Source: Planctomycetota bacterium (GTDB taxonomy: Bacteria > Planctomycetota > Phycisphaerae > WQYP01). From it: DNA of 64,000 nt. The position numbers were made by a program, and so were the translations under genes. The stretch spans positions 3,341 through 67,340 of the forward strand of contig JAKBBN010000003.1 in assembly GCA_021808485.1 (NCBI GenBank). Reading direction: 5' to 3'. Below the pieces are notes generated by a model. The model did no database searches and was not told the DNA's origin. It saw nothing but the letters and a program-made list of their open reading frames with translations. This document shows positions 51,990 through 62,741 of this stretch, in pieces. Numbering within the stretch: the first letter of the stretch is position 1; each line of letters opens with the position of its first letter.

Positions 51990-52703
51990 ATGGAACAGAA
52001 CTTCGACCCTCCCAATTCACTTTCATCCGACACTCCCGAAGACCCGGGAAGACGGGATTTTTTCGCAAAAGCCTTCCGCGACGCCATCAGCCCGCTTGCC
52101 CATTTGGTGGAGCGCCGCGTTGAACCCGTAACCTCCGCCCTGCAGGGAAAATTCCCCGCCATAACGCCCGATGAATCCGATGAAATTCCCCCTTTACCCG
52201 ATACCTTCGAACCGACTGTTTTTCTGCGGCCCCCCGGCGCAAAACAGGGAGAGGAATTTGAAACATTGTGCTCGCGCTGCGGCGAATGCGCTAAAGCCTG
52301 TCCGGTCAAATGCATTCAAATTGATAACACCGCCCAGATCGGCGGCGGCTACCCCTATATCGTTCCGACCCTGGCGCCCTGCGTGGTATGTGATGAACTC
52401 GCGTGCATGAAAGCCTGCCCCAGCGGTGCCTTGACCCTGGTGGATAAGTTTCAAATAAAAATGGGCTTGGCAAAAGTCAACCATGACTCGTGCCTGCGCA
52501 ATCACGGCGAAGACTGCCGCCTGTGCCTGGAGGCATGCCCCATCGGTGAGCACGCCATCGTCGTCAGCGAAAACACCGGCCGGGTGCTGGTAAAACCGGG
52601 GGGATGCGTGGGCTGCGGCATGTGCGAACAGGCCTGTCCGACACAGCCGACATCCATTGATATTCAACCGGCCAAAGAAGAACCGCACGTTTTTGATGAC
52701 TGA
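51990..52703 (+). CDS. 4Fe-4S dicluster (polyferredoxin-like) protein
   Basis: Four Cys clusters: CSRCGECAKACP, CVVCDELACMKACP, CRLCLEACP and CVGCGMCEQACP. An N-terminal RRDFF motif is not followed by a hydrophobic h-region. Confidence 0.8.
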   Translation: MEQNFDPPNSLSSDTPEDPGRRDFFAKAFRDAISPLAHLVERRVEPVTSALQGKFPAITPDESDEIPPLPDTFEPTVFLRPPGAKQGEEFETLCSRCGECAKACPVKCIQIDNTAQIGGGYPYIVPTLAPCVVCDELACMKACPSGALTLVDKFQIKMGLAKVNHDSCLRNHGEDCRLCLEACPIGEHAIVVSENTGRVLVKPGGCVGCGMCEQACPTQPTSIDIQPAKEEPHVFDD

Positions 52704-52724
52704 CTATTTGCCCGACAGTCGCCG

Positions 52725-55466
52725 TCATCCTCCGGAATTCGGCTGCGGCTGCCGGACAACCGGATTTTCCCGCCTATCCGCCGCGTCCGCGGTATCCGCA
52801 ACCCAGCGGGTTGCATCGCCCTTATTCTGCTTGGCCACGTAAAGCGCCGCATCCGCCCGTGCAAGCAAATTCGCCGCTGCCGGGCAAAGCGCTGGAAAAA
52901 TCGTGTAGCCAATGCTGGCCGGCGCCCGAATTTCCCCGAACCCCTTCAGTTGATAGGGTCGATCTAGTTCCGCAGTAATCCGACGAAAGAACGCCTCCGC
53001 ATCTGCCGGCATGGTCAAGTCCTCCAGTACCATCACAAATTCATCGCCTCCCAGCCGATGCGCACAATCCGTTTTGCGCAGTGCCGCCCGGATCCGCGCC
53101 GCAAGTTGCTTAAGGAATTCGTCTCCCGCCGCATGGCCCAGTGTGTCATTAATCGGTTTAAAATCATTGACGTCCAGAACCGCAACAGCCATCAGCGATT
53201 TGGCGCGCTCCGCGCGTGCCACCGCCCGTGTGATATTTTCATCCATCATGCTGCGGTTCGGCAGGCCGGTCAGAACATCGTGCGCCGCCAGCCACGCCTG
53301 TTGGCTGAGTTCGGCGTCCAGCCGGTGGCGAAGGTCTATTTCATCCAAAGCCCGCCCCAGTTGCCCGACCAGGCTCTCCACCAGTCCTGATATTTCCACA
53401 TCAAACAGCTGGGCATGCGGCGAAATAAGGCTCAAGATGCCCCATTGCCGGTTGGCCCGCATAATAGGCGCGGCCGCGACCGCGTGACCGCCGATCGCCA
53501 CGATTGTATCCCGGGTCGCCGAAACGTTTTCCTCGCGTTGAATTTGATTGGCAAAGCAAAGCCGGTTTTCTTTCCATGCCTTCCTGACCAGGCTCATGCG
53601 GCGATCGTCGTGAATGTTGATGCGCACCTTCATTAATTCTTCTTTGCCCCGGCCGGCCACCACAATCCGCGCCAGCCAGCCGGCGGCGTCGGGCCGCAAA
53701 ATTGAAATAGTGCTGAACAGCCCGCAATCGGCAAGCTGTTCGGCAATGCCCCGGCACAAGCCGTTTTCGTCGTGCTTCTGCAATATGATCTGTCCCTGCC
53801 CGCTGAGGGATTTATAGAGACTGCTCAAGCGGTTTACACGGGCCCGCATGTCCAGCGCGTCTAGGGCGCTGCCCAGCAGCATCGAGCAGTTGCGGACCAG
53901 CGCCAGAATATCCCCATCCAGAAAATTCACCTGGTTCGCCACCACGCTGATCAATCCCCAGATGTTTCCTCCGCGGCGGATCGGAATAACCGCGATTGAT
54001 TTGATATACCGTGCCGCTGACGAAGAACTAAAACCGCGGCTGCGCGGATCGGCGGCGTAATCGTTGCTGAATTCCAGGCTCTGAGATTGCCATGCCTTCG
54101 CGGACAGCGTCACGGGCTCCTCATGGATGGAAAATGAAAAGCAATGCCGTACTTCATCCGCACTCGGTCCGCCTCCGAAATGATAATGCAGCATGCCCTG
54201 CTCGTCCGGCCAGCCGATCCCGACAATGCAAAATGGCCCGGTCGCCACCAGTGCATCGCAGGTCCCCTGCAGCAGGTCGTGCTCGGACGCGGCCGTAAGA
54301 ATCAGTTTTGATTCCTCGAGAATCGCGGTATACAGCGTGTTCAGGCGGGTCAATGCCGACTGCTTCGACTGCAGCCGGTCGACCAGCCGCCGGCGCTCCA
54401 GTGTGCGGCCGAGCAGCGCGGCACTGCTGGCCAGCAGCGTGCTGATCGCATCCCGAAAAACACCACGCTTGCCGCTGATCACACCCAGCACTCCCCACGT
54501 TTTGCCTTCACACACAATCGGCAGCGCCGCCCAGGCATTTATCCGTAGCCGCCGGGCCGTTTCATGATAAGCCGTTGAACGTATATCATGCTGGTAATCA
54601 TTGCTTATCTGAATCTTTCCTGTCCGCATCACCTCGCGGGAAAGTGTTCCGCCGCCGGCCGAACCCGCCACCGGCGTGGCAAAGGTTTCCATCAGCTCTT
54701 TGGCATGACTGCCCACTGCATGATGATAGCGCAATTGACCATCGGCATCAGGCCACCCGATACCCACCAGATCAAAAAGCCCGGTTTCATGTAAACGCCG
54801 GCATACGCCCTCAAATAAATCCACCTCGGCCGGTGCGTCAAAAAGCAACTGCTGTTGCTCCATCAGTGCCTGATGCAGTGAATTCAGGTGCTGCAGGTCC
54901 GCGTTGCGCGCATGCATTTTTTCTTCCGCGATTACCCGCATCGAGGTCACAGCCACCACCTGCACGGCGGGTTCAAAATTCGCCGCAAACCCTTCCCCAT
55001 GGAATTGTGCCTTGGTCGCCCCAAAAAGCACGATGCGCGTCGAGCCAAAACCGACGGCGACCAGCGATTTCCAGCCGTGCGTCGCTGCCGTTTGAATCCA
55101 AAATTGCGAAACGGCTGAAATATATGCGGGTTCAGCAGTTAAATTATCGACCACCTTAAAGTTAATATTGACCGCCGATTGAAAGCCGCCCGACAGACCG
55201 CCGGGCTGCGACACGCCCGAGAACAGTTCCTCGAACAGGAGATCACCCCCGGGGATGTCCAGCGGTAAGTCCCCGGGCATTCCGCCTTCAATTCCACTGC
55301 ATCTTGCCGCCCGCAGTGTACAATCCGCACCGGAGAACTCGTACACCAGCCCCCCGGCTGCCTGCGTACCGGCAATCAGCAAGTCCAACACGCGAAATTG
55401 AATATCGGTGAGTCTTTGCGCGCCGGCACAAAGGCGCAACAAAGAAATGAGTTGATCTGAGTTCAT
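52725..55466 (-). CDS. Multi-GAF-domain diguanylate cyclase (GGDEF)
   Basis: C-terminal GGDEF domain with RLGGDEF and an RxxD I-site (RKTD) 5 residues upstream. The roughly 700-aa N-terminal region has repeated GAF-like units. Confidence 0.9.
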   Translation of the reverse strand: MNSDQLISLLRLCAGAQRLTDIQFRVLDLLIAGTQAAGGLVYEFSGADCTLRAARCSGIEGGMPGDLPLDIPGGDLLFEELFSGVSQPGGLSGGFQSAVNINFKVVDNLTAEPAYISAVSQFWIQTAATHGWKSLVAVGFGSTRIVLFGATKAQFHGEGFAANFEPAVQVVAVTSMRVIAEEKMHARNADLQHLNSLHQALMEQQQLLFDAPAEVDLFEGVCRRLHETGLFDLVGIGWPDADGQLRYHHAVGSHAKELMETFATPVAGSAGGGTLSREVMRTGKIQISNDYQHDIRSTAYHETARRLRINAWAALPIVCEGKTWGVLGVISGKRGVFRDAISTLLASSAALLGRTLERRRLVDRLQSKQSALTRLNTLYTAILEESKLILTAASEHDLLQGTCDALVATGPFCIVGIGWPDEQGMLHYHFGGGPSADEVRHCFSFSIHEEPVTLSAKAWQSQSLEFSNDYAADPRSRGFSSSSAARYIKSIAVIPIRRGGNIWGLISVVANQVNFLDGDILALVRNCSMLLGSALDALDMRARVNRLSSLYKSLSGQGQIILQKHDENGLCRGIAEQLADCGLFSTISILRPDAAGWLARIVVAGRGKEELMKVRINIHDDRRMSLVRKAWKENRLCFANQIQREENVSATRDTIVAIGGHAVAAAPIMRANRQWGILSLISPHAQLFDVEISGLVESLVGQLGRALDEIDLRHRLDAELSQQAWLAAHDVLTGLPNRSMMDENITRAVARAERAKSLMAVAVLDVNDFKPINDTLGHAAGDEFLKQLAARIRAALRKTDCAHRLGGDEFVMVLEDLTMPADAEAFFRRITAELDRPYQLKGFGEIRAPASIGYTIFPALCPAAANLLARADAALYVAKQNKGDATRWVADTADAADRRENPVVRQPQPNSGG

Positions 55467-55835
55467 ACGCGGATCCAGTTTGGCAACCGGCCCTTGAAAA
55501 AAGGTTTATCAACCTCTTCAAACTCCCGTTAAACAGGTCAGACGAGAGCGCCAATGGCACCCATATTGGCAGGCCAAGATTAAAGCAGCTCCGCGAGAGC
55601 CTTCCATAAATCTTATCGGTCAATTGGCGCCATGGGGATAAGGATGGTATTTCCACGATTTGACAACCGCACATAACACCCTGCAAATAAATAACTTGCA
55701 ATTACACCCGCGCATAAAATCATGCGACCGCACGAGACCTGCTGATTATTTTTTCAGGATTGCACCAATTGAAAAATTGCTGTAGAAACCATGTATCTGC
55801 ATCGCAATGCACGGTACATTATTCGGAGTGCAAGT

Positions 55836-56834
55836 ATGTCGCTATCGCGTCCGCTGGGAAAGTCTGGAATTGCCGTATCTCAGGTGATCTTTGGCGCCTG
55901 GGCCATTGGCGGCTGGATGTGGGGTGGAAATTCCGAACAGGATTCCATTGCCGCCATCCGCGCATCCATTGATGCGGGCGTTAACACGCTGGACACCGCC
56001 GCGGTTTATGGCATGGGCGCCAGTGAAGAACTCGTCGGCAAGGCGATTGCCGACATTCCGCGTCACACCGTGGTGGTTGCGACCAAGTGCGGCATGCGTT
56101 GGGACGATCCGCGGGAAGAAGGGACGGACCCATGGCCGCAAAAGGACCCGTCCGGCAAGGACATCGTCATTCGAAAGAATTCCCGCCCCGCCAGCATTGC
56201 ATATGAATGCGAGAACAGCCTGCGGCGTCTTGGCACGGATTATATTGATCTATACCAGATCCACTGGCCCGATACCTCCGTTGAGCCGGAGGAATCGTTT
56301 GGCGCAATGGAAAAACTGCGGCGGGAAGGAAAAATTCGCGCGATTGGCGTAAGCAATTATGACTGTCAATGGCTTTCCCGGTCAAAACAGGCGGGCCTGC
56401 TGGCCAGTGTGCAGCCTCCCTACAGCCTGTTGCAACGGGGCATTGAAAAAGAGTTGCTACCCTTCTGCATACGCAATGATATCGGCGTGATCGTGTACTC
56501 GCCCATGGAACGCGGCCTGCTTACGGGAAAAGTGGGGCCGGATCGGCAATTCCCGCCGGGGGATCATCGATTGCGACATAAACTTTTTACGCCCGAAAGC
56601 CGCGCACGTGTGCTGGCCGCCCTTGAAACCATTAAACCAATCGCCGATCGGCATAAAGCCAGCTATGCCCAGTTGGTCATCAATTGGACTCTCTCACAAC
56701 CGGGTATAACGGCGGCAATTGTCGGAGCCCGCAACGCCGAACAGGCCCGACACAATGCCGGCGCCGTGGCTATTCACCTGGAACCCGCGGAACTTGCCGC
56801 AATTCGTGCGGCGTTCGACCCTCTGGCGGTTTAG
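55836..56834 (+). CDS. Aldo/keto reductase
   Basis: GKSGIAVSQVIFGAWAIGG, DTAAVYG, YIDLYQIHWPD and IGVSNY. GGAG lies upstream of ATG 55836. Confidence 0.9.
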   Translation: MSLSRPLGKSGIAVSQVIFGAWAIGGWMWGGNSEQDSIAAIRASIDAGVNTLDTAAVYGMGASEELVGKAIADIPRHTVVVATKCGMRWDDPREEGTDPWPQKDPSGKDIVIRKNSRPASIAYECENSLRRLGTDYIDLYQIHWPDTSVEPEESFGAMEKLRREGKIRAIGVSNYDCQWLSRSKQAGLLASVQPPYSLLQRGIEKELLPFCIRNDIGVIVYSPMERGLLTGKVGPDRQFPPGDHRLRHKLFTPESRARVLAALETIKPIADRHKASYAQLVINWTLSQPGITAAIVGARNAEQARHNAGAVAIHLEPAELAAIRAAFDPLAV

Positions 56835-56860
56835 GAACCTGTTCGCATTCGATGCAAAAA

Positions 56861-56896
56861 CGGGCGCTGTGACAACATCAGTGGCCACAGCGCCCG
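56861..56896. terminator. Long-loop GC hairpin in a convergent gap
   Basis: CGGGCGCTGTG, then ACAACATCAGTGGC, then CACAGCGCCCG. The stem is 11 bp and perfect. There is no U tract. It lies 27 nt after the AKR stop. Confidence 0.4.
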
Positions 56897-56938
56897 GTCG
56901 CAGTTGCTATTGGAAACGAATCACCGGAGTACAACGAA

Positions 56939-58132
56939 TCAGACTTGGGACCTGCGCCGCTGCAGTCCAAGGACCAGAGCACCCACCGCAATCAGCCCCA
57001 GCGCCGCGGGTTCCGGCGTATTGACCGGGTCCGGAATAAACGCAACCCCCGCCGGCCCGCCCAATCCGCTGACGATCGGGGTTAATGCACCCGTGGAAAG
57101 ATTCAGCGCATCCAGGCTTTTGAAGGTTTTATCCGAGGAATATGCCTGATTCACGGAAAACCCGGCATTTGCGGTAAGGGCATATACGATGCCGGCTTTT
57201 ACGTCCGCAAACAGCAGCGTACCCTTCGTGCTTGTGGCAAAACCGGTTTCATCGGTATTCGCCGGGGCGTTGCCGTTGGCCGTATTAAACAGACTGATCG
57301 ATGCAATGCTGCGACTTGCGGCGGACGCCGGATTTGTCACTAGGGTCAATTGCGCGCCGCTTTCATTTGAAAGCAGAAGTTGCCCGGCCGGGGTCTGATC
57401 CAGTGAATCCGGATCGAATACATTCAACGTTGCCCCCGTCGTGGAGCCGGTAATCGGATCATTGCCCCACACGACACCCGAAACCGTGGCGGTTTGGGGA
57501 TAGGAATTCGGATCCATGCTTACCTGATAAATAACCGGATGACTGTTCACCTGCCCATTGGCCTGACCGGCGACATCGCCGCCGTTATCCGGATTGGAGC
57601 CGGAAGCGTACAGCGTTCCATTGATGATCTGGAGTCCGTCAAATCCGCCGCCGTGCGGCGCTGGATTCGGATAACCGTAACGCGTTTGCCCGCCGGTGGA
57701 AGTATTGACCACGGTAAGGGCGGAGTTGCCGTCTTCATTTTCGTCGGTATAAACAAGCCCGGTGGCGGGGTCCACGGCAATTCCTTCAAGGTGGCCCTGA
57801 ATATTAAAGGTCTTTTCCAAAGTGCCGGTGCTGGTATATTCCGCCAGCGTGCTCAGGCCGCCATCACCGCCGTCCGATGCCACATTATTCCCCCATCCGA
57901 TGAACACATTGCCGCCGCTGACGGCGATGTCATCCGGCGCGGAGACCATGGGAGCAGGTGTGGACACGCCGGGGACGCTTGTTTGTACAAGACCGGCATC
58001 CGCAAAAGGTGAGGCAAAGGTCGTAAGCGTATAGCCGGCGGCCACCGTCGGCGCCGCCTGCAACCGACCCGCCATTACAATCGCCGCCGAGGCGGCCAAA
58101 ATCGACGCTGAAACAAATGAAACACTGCGCAT
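56939..58132 (-). CDS. PEP-CTERM sorting-domain protein (beta-propeller-like)
   Basis: Signal peptide MRSVSFVSASILAASAAIVMA. C-terminal tail PEPAALGLIAVGALVLGLQRRRSQV. AGGAG lies upstream of ATG 58132. Confidence 0.8.
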   Translation of the reverse strand: MRSVSFVSASILAASAAIVMAGRLQAAPTVAAGYTLTTFASPFADAGLVQTSVPGVSTPAPMVSAPDDIAVSGGNVFIGWGNNVASDGGDGGLSTLAEYTSTGTLEKTFNIQGHLEGIAVDPATGLVYTDENEDGNSALTVVNTSTGGQTRYGYPNPAPHGGGFDGLQIINGTLYASGSNPDNGGDVAGQANGQVNSHPVIYQVSMDPNSYPQTATVSGVVWGNDPITGSTTGATLNVFDPDSLDQTPAGQLLLSNESGAQLTLVTNPASAASRSIASISLFNTANGNAPANTDETGFATSTKGTLLFADVKAGIVYALTANAGFSVNQAYSSDKTFKSLDALNLSTGALTPIVSGLGGPAGVAFIPDPVNTPEPAALGLIAVGALVLGLQRRRSQV

Positions 58133-58408
58133 GATATACTCCTGAAAGATACCACTGTTAGCACTCTGGCGGTCCACCGTGAACCGCCGGCTGTCAAAGT
58201 AAAGCAAGGGTGTTATTCTGGTTTAAGCGACTGAATAAATTTCGGATAATCACTTGCCGCGCCCGCGCCAAACGCCGCCTGCCCGCACAATCATGCCCAT
58301 CGGATTATCGTACCGACAGGGTGGCGATATTTGCCTTGCCCACTTCGGCAACAGATGCCATAATCACAGTTTCTTTAAGCTCAAGGGTCCTTCTTTACGG
58401 AGACGGTC

Positions 58409-60424
58409 ATGCTCAAATCGAAACTTCCCCGTCGTACATTTGTCCGCGGATTGATCACTGCCGCTGCCGCCGCCGCGGCATTGCGGCCGGGCTCAATCAT
58501 AACCGCCGCAAAAACGCCGCGGGGCAAAGCGATACATGTACAGGACCTGAACATGGATGCCATGAGCACAGGCTGGGGCCGGGTGCATCGAAATGCCAGC
58601 GTGGGCAAAAATCCTCTGCATATCGGCGGCAAGCATTTCAGCCGCGGTATCGGAACACACGCTCTAAGCACTTACGCCTTGAAACTGCAAGGTCAGGCCG
58701 CCGCGTTTTCCGCAACCATCGGCGTGGACAGCGAAGTGGGCGACAAAGGCGCGGTGATTTTTGAACTCGTCGGTGATGGCCGTGAACTGGCGAAATCCCC
58801 CGTTTTGCGCGGCGGACAGGCGGCCGTGACGATCCATGCGGACCTGCGCGGGGTAAACATATTTGAAATGATTGTGCGGCCGGCGACCGACAATATCAAT
58901 TTCGACCATGCCGACTGGATAAATCCGACGATTTATATGAAGCCCGGAAGCAGTCAATTGCCCGTTCCTTTAACCGCGATCGGCCCGATGCCGGTGCTGG
59001 CCCATGGAGACCCGGAAACGCCCCAATTTCACGGTGCGCGGGTCACCGGCGGCTCACCCGGCAAGCCGTTCATGTTCCGTATCCCCTACACGGGCGCGGA
59101 ACCGGTAACGTTAACCGCGGATGGCCTGCCCACGGGCCTTTCGCTGCGCGACGGCCTGATCGCGGGCGAGGTATCCGAAGCCGGTGAGTTTAAAGTAAAG
59201 CTCACCGCTGAAAACCGCCTCGGCAAAGCGCACCGCACACTGCGGATCATGATTGGTCAGCACATGATCGCGCGAACCCCGGCAATGGGATGGAATTCAT
59301 GGAACGCCTATGGCATGGCCAACAGTGCCGCCCGAACCAAAGCCGCCGCGGACGCCTTCATCCGTCTCGGCCTTGCGGCCAAAGGGTACACCTACGTCAA
59401 CATTGATGACGGCTGGCAAAACGGCAGGAATATGGATGGCACCATCAAAACCACCAAAAAATTCGGTGACATGAAAGCCTTGGCGGACTACGTTCATTCC
59501 AAAGGTCTTAAATTCGGACTTTATTCCTCACCCGGCCCCGAAACCTGCGGCGGCCACACCGGCAGCTATCAGCACGAAACGAAGGATGCGGACACCTACG
59601 CAAGCTGGGGAGTCGATTACCTGAAATATGACTGGTGCAGCTATCACAACATTGACCCGAATCCGGATCTGGAGGGATTCATCAAGCCCTACCGGATCAT
59701 GGGCGAGGCCCTGCGGGCCACCAGTCGGGACATCTTTTTCAGTCTTTGCCAATACGGAATGGGTCATGTGTGGACATGGGCCGGCAAAGCCCCGGTATAC
59801 GGAAACTCCTACCGGATCAGCGGCGACATAAACGATTCCTGGGGCGCGATGACCGCCAATGGTTTTGGCAGCAATGGCGACCTGTACCCGTTTGCCGGGC
59901 CGGGCCACTGGAACGATCCGGATATGCTGGTGGTCGGCTGGGGGTATTTTGAGGATGGGCCTCTGCACTGGAGCAAGCTGACTCCCAATGAGCAAGTCAC
60001 CCATTTTACGCTGTGGTGCATGCAGGCGGCTCCATTGCTGCTCGGCTGCGATCTGGATCACATGAACACATTCACGCTGGACCTTATCAGCAATACCGAA
60101 GTTCTGGCGGTAAACCAGGATGAGTTGGGTGTACAGGCACAGCGTGTGTCGCGCAAGGGCGACGCTGAAGTTTGGGCCAGACCCCTCTTTGACGGAACCG
60201 TGGCCGTGGCGCTTTTTAACCGCGGCATTCTGCCCGCGAACGTCAGCGTATCATGGGCGGAACTGCGGCCGGTCATACCGGGCGGAACGGCATTGCCCGG
60301 AAAACAGTTGGTACGCGACCTTTGGCAGCGAAAGGCATTGGGAGTATTTGACGGCTATACGGCAAACGTAAACCCGCATGGCGCAATCATGCTTAAAATC
60401 GGCACGCCTGTAGATACGGATTGA
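58409..60424 (+). CDS. Alpha-galactosidase (GH27) with an N-terminal NPCBM-like domain and a Tat-type signal
   Basis: RRTFVRGLITAAAAAAAL, an NPCBM-like segment (GIGTHA...ATIGVDSEVG) and GH27 motifs GWNSWN, YVNIDDGW and LKYDWC. Confidence 0.9.
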   Translation: MLKSKLPRRTFVRGLITAAAAAAALRPGSIITAAKTPRGKAIHVQDLNMDAMSTGWGRVHRNASVGKNPLHIGGKHFSRGIGTHALSTYALKLQGQAAAFSATIGVDSEVGDKGAVIFELVGDGRELAKSPVLRGGQAAVTIHADLRGVNIFEMIVRPATDNINFDHADWINPTIYMKPGSSQLPVPLTAIGPMPVLAHGDPETPQFHGARVTGGSPGKPFMFRIPYTGAEPVTLTADGLPTGLSLRDGLIAGEVSEAGEFKVKLTAENRLGKAHRTLRIMIGQHMIARTPAMGWNSWNAYGMANSAARTKAAADAFIRLGLAAKGYTYVNIDDGWQNGRNMDGTIKTTKKFGDMKALADYVHSKGLKFGLYSSPGPETCGGHTGSYQHETKDADTYASWGVDYLKYDWCSYHNIDPNPDLEGFIKPYRIMGEALRATSRDIFFSLCQYGMGHVWTWAGKAPVYGNSYRISGDINDSWGAMTANGFGSNGDLYPFAGPGHWNDPDMLVVGWGYFEDGPLHWSKLTPNEQVTHFTLWCMQAAPLLLGCDLDHMNTFTLDLISNTEVLAVNQDELGVQAQRVSRKGDAEVWARPLFDGTVAVALFNRGILPANVSVSWAELRPVIPGGTALPGKQLVRDLWQRKALGVFDGYTANVNPHGAIMLKIGTPVDTD

Positions 60425-60652
60425 ACCGGAAATCGGCTTAAATGTGCCGCGAACTTTGAACCGTGCCCGGATGGTTTAACACCCGCTTCAGCATCGCGGA
60501 GATGCAACGCGGCATGGCCTGTATTCAAAACGGCCCCCGCGAATATAATGCCTTCCCAGAGCGGCGATTGTGCCGCATGCCGATACGGTTCAGCGGCGTT
60601 ATAACCGCGCCGCCCGCCGAATGCCGGAAAAATCGCAAACAGGGTGCGAAAG

Positions 60653-61063
60653 ATGAGCAAAATCTTACTTGCGGTTTCCGAACAGTGGACAGTGGACAAA
60701 CGCATTGATGCATTGGGCCGATGGGCCAATCGTCTGGATGCGCCAATTCTGGTGGTGCATGTTGTGGTGGGGCTTGCGGAAACATCGCGTCCGGAAACAC
60801 CGGGCGAAAGGGCCTTGAAGCTCATCACCGAACAGTTGAAAAAAAGCACGCCGCGCGTCGAAAGCCTGCTGTTGTTTTCCAACGAGCTTGTCAATGCCCT
60901 GCTCAAAACGGCCCAGGAACATCAGGCGACCATGATTGTGCTCGGCCTTTCACGCCAGGGAGTCTTGGAACGGCTTATTGAAGGCAATCTGCCCCGCACT
61001 ATCCTCAACACCAGCACCATACCGATTCTGGCCCTGCCCCCGGAATGGGACGGAACCCTGTAA
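60653..61063 (+). CDS. Universal stress protein (UspA-like) domain protein
   Basis: MSKILLAVS ... ILVVHVV ... MIVLGLSRQGVLERLIEGNLPRTILNTSTIPILALP. Confidence 0.7.
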   Translation: MSKILLAVSEQWTVDKRIDALGRWANRLDAPILVVHVVVGLAETSRPETPGERALKLITEQLKKSTPRVESLLLFSNELVNALLKTAQEHQATMIVLGLSRQGVLERLIEGNLPRTILNTSTIPILALPPEWDGTL

Positions 61064-61110
61064 CGCATCCCGGGTTCCAACCGCACCGCGCGGCGCGGAA
61101 TTTTAGGAAG

Positions 61111-62691
61111 TTATCGCCATTGGCCGCGACACTCGTACACCGTTATGGACATGGGCCGCAAAACCAGAACGGCGTGCACATGAAACTTAACCGTCCTGAC
61201 CCGCAATCCGCCCCTGAGCCGGCCGTTGCGGCCGCCGTCAAACGTTTGACCGGCCAGCTTCAATCCGTACATGGCGTTGATCGCCGGACCGGTGAGTCTG
61301 TAACGCTGCATGGCGGCGAGTCCCGGCAGGCTTAAATTCACATGCATGGTACGGTGCAAATTTTTATTGATGGCCATAATATTCAGCCGGCCATTGGCCC
61401 GACGCACCGCCCACATCGAAAGACCGGAAAGGTCTTCGCCATGGGCTTTTATTTCCACCGGAAGCAGCGTGGAATGACGGCCGAGCATACGCGAGAATAA
61501 CAGCATACCGTAAAACATCGGCCGGACGCGCAGCGGCGTATCATGGTGAAAATAAACCGGGCCGTAATATCCTCCGAACTGATCCATCCCCTCGGACAGG
61601 TGGATGGCGACCCCGGTAATTCCCGCGTGGGCAATTTGAAACAGGGTGGACAGGCACCAGAAACTTGATGCAAAAGTGTCCGAAACACCGCGCTTCCCTC
61701 CGCCCCAGGCGGAATTCATTTCCGTATAGCGCACGGGAAGATGATATTTTCGGGCCGAAGACATAATGGGCCCGACGAACCGTACAAAAGCCGTCGCCGA
61801 AGAATTTTTGAGAAGGTTGGCAATACTGGCGAACAATGGGGATCCGGGGTTTTTGATCGGTGCGCCAAGGGCGTAATGATGCAACCCGACCAGCGAGATA
61901 TCCCGATGCGCGATGCGGATAAACCGCGGTATCTGCCCGGTCCAGCCGCCGCCGAAAGCCGGGCCCTCAACCGCCGCCGGCGTCGGCAGATAGCCGCGGA
62001 TCGCCCGGTCATATCGCCGCCAGCGTCGGACGTATAGTTTCAGCGAATTGCGATTCCAGATACCGCCGAAGCGGTGAAAAAAGTCCGGCTCGTTGCCGAT
62101 TTCATAAGCCAGAATATGCGTATTTCCGATAATGCGGCGGCACGCCTTTACCAGTTTGACAGCCAGGGCCGGACGGTTGACAGCCAAGTTAAGGCCGATA
62201 ATCAGTTTGCAACCGGTGGCCCGGCAAACCTCCGCAAGACGCTGCAGCGATCGTGGGGGAATATTAATGTGCACGAATTTCGGCAAGCCGTGACGCCGCG
62301 GCAGGTTGTATACAGCCTCATCCTGCGAATTGCCGCCGATACGAAGCACCGGCGGGCCGTTGCGGCGGCCGAGCATTTTAAGCAGGCGGATCATGGTCGC
62401 CTGCCGGCCGAATTTCCGGGTAAACAGCCGGTCCGTAAGCCCCCATTCAATGGACATGCCCAAAAATGAGCGCGCAATCGCGATGCCGCGGGCGCCGGGC
62501 CGGATGGATGCGGTAACCGACAGTGGCGAAACCGCCGCGGCACGCAGAGATTCCGCCGGTGAAAATGCAAGCGGCAGCGTGATGGCGATGAGCCACAAGC
62601 CCAATCCAATTACCCACCAGCGCACACACGGTGCAATCCGGTAAATCATGATATATCTCCTGCCGGTCAGCGACTTCTTGTAATAGGACAC
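61111..62691 (-). CDS. Clan GH-A glycoside hydrolase, GH79-like (beta-glucuronidase/heparanase-like)
   Basis: LRIGGNSQDE, the acid/base-type YEIGNEPD, the nucleophile-type YTEMNSA and a C-terminal beta-sandwich. The family-level call is from memory. The start could be 62691 or 62649. Confidence 0.6.
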   Translation of the reverse strand: MSYYKKSLTGRRYIMIYRIAPCVRWWVIGLGLWLIAITLPLAFSPAESLRAAAVSPLSVTASIRPGARGIAIARSFLGMSIEWGLTDRLFTRKFGRQATMIRLLKMLGRRNGPPVLRIGGNSQDEAVYNLPRRHGLPKFVHINIPPRSLQRLAEVCRATGCKLIIGLNLAVNRPALAVKLVKACRRIIGNTHILAYEIGNEPDFFHRFGGIWNRNSLKLYVRRWRRYDRAIRGYLPTPAAVEGPAFGGGWTGQIPRFIRIAHRDISLVGLHHYALGAPIKNPGSPLFASIANLLKNSSATAFVRFVGPIMSSARKYHLPVRYTEMNSAWGGGKRGVSDTFASSFWCLSTLFQIAHAGITGVAIHLSEGMDQFGGYYGPVYFHHDTPLRVRPMFYGMLLFSRMLGRHSTLLPVEIKAHGEDLSGLSMWAVRRANGRLNIMAINKNLHRTMHVNLSLPGLAAMQRYRLTGPAINAMYGLKLAGQTFDGGRNGRLRGGLRVRTVKFHVHAVLVLRPMSITVYECRGQWR

Positions 62692-62741
62692 GCGGGAAAT
62701 TGCAAGCTGGTCCGGCGGCGACCGGCGGAGGGGACGGAAAA

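Noticed and set aside
51990-52060. A twin-arginine-like RRDFFAKAF motif at the ferredoxin N-terminus, considered as evidence for Tat export.
   Set aside because: The motif is not followed by a hydrophobic h-region or an AxA site (RDAISPLAHLVERRVEPV). It is probably vestigial or cytoplasmic.
55555-55570. A sigma-54-like TGGCAC-N5-TTGGC in the DGC/AKR divergent region.
   Set aside because: The -12 element is TTGG, not TTGC. The site is ~270 nt from the nearest plus-strand start, and no enhancer-binding protein is nearby.
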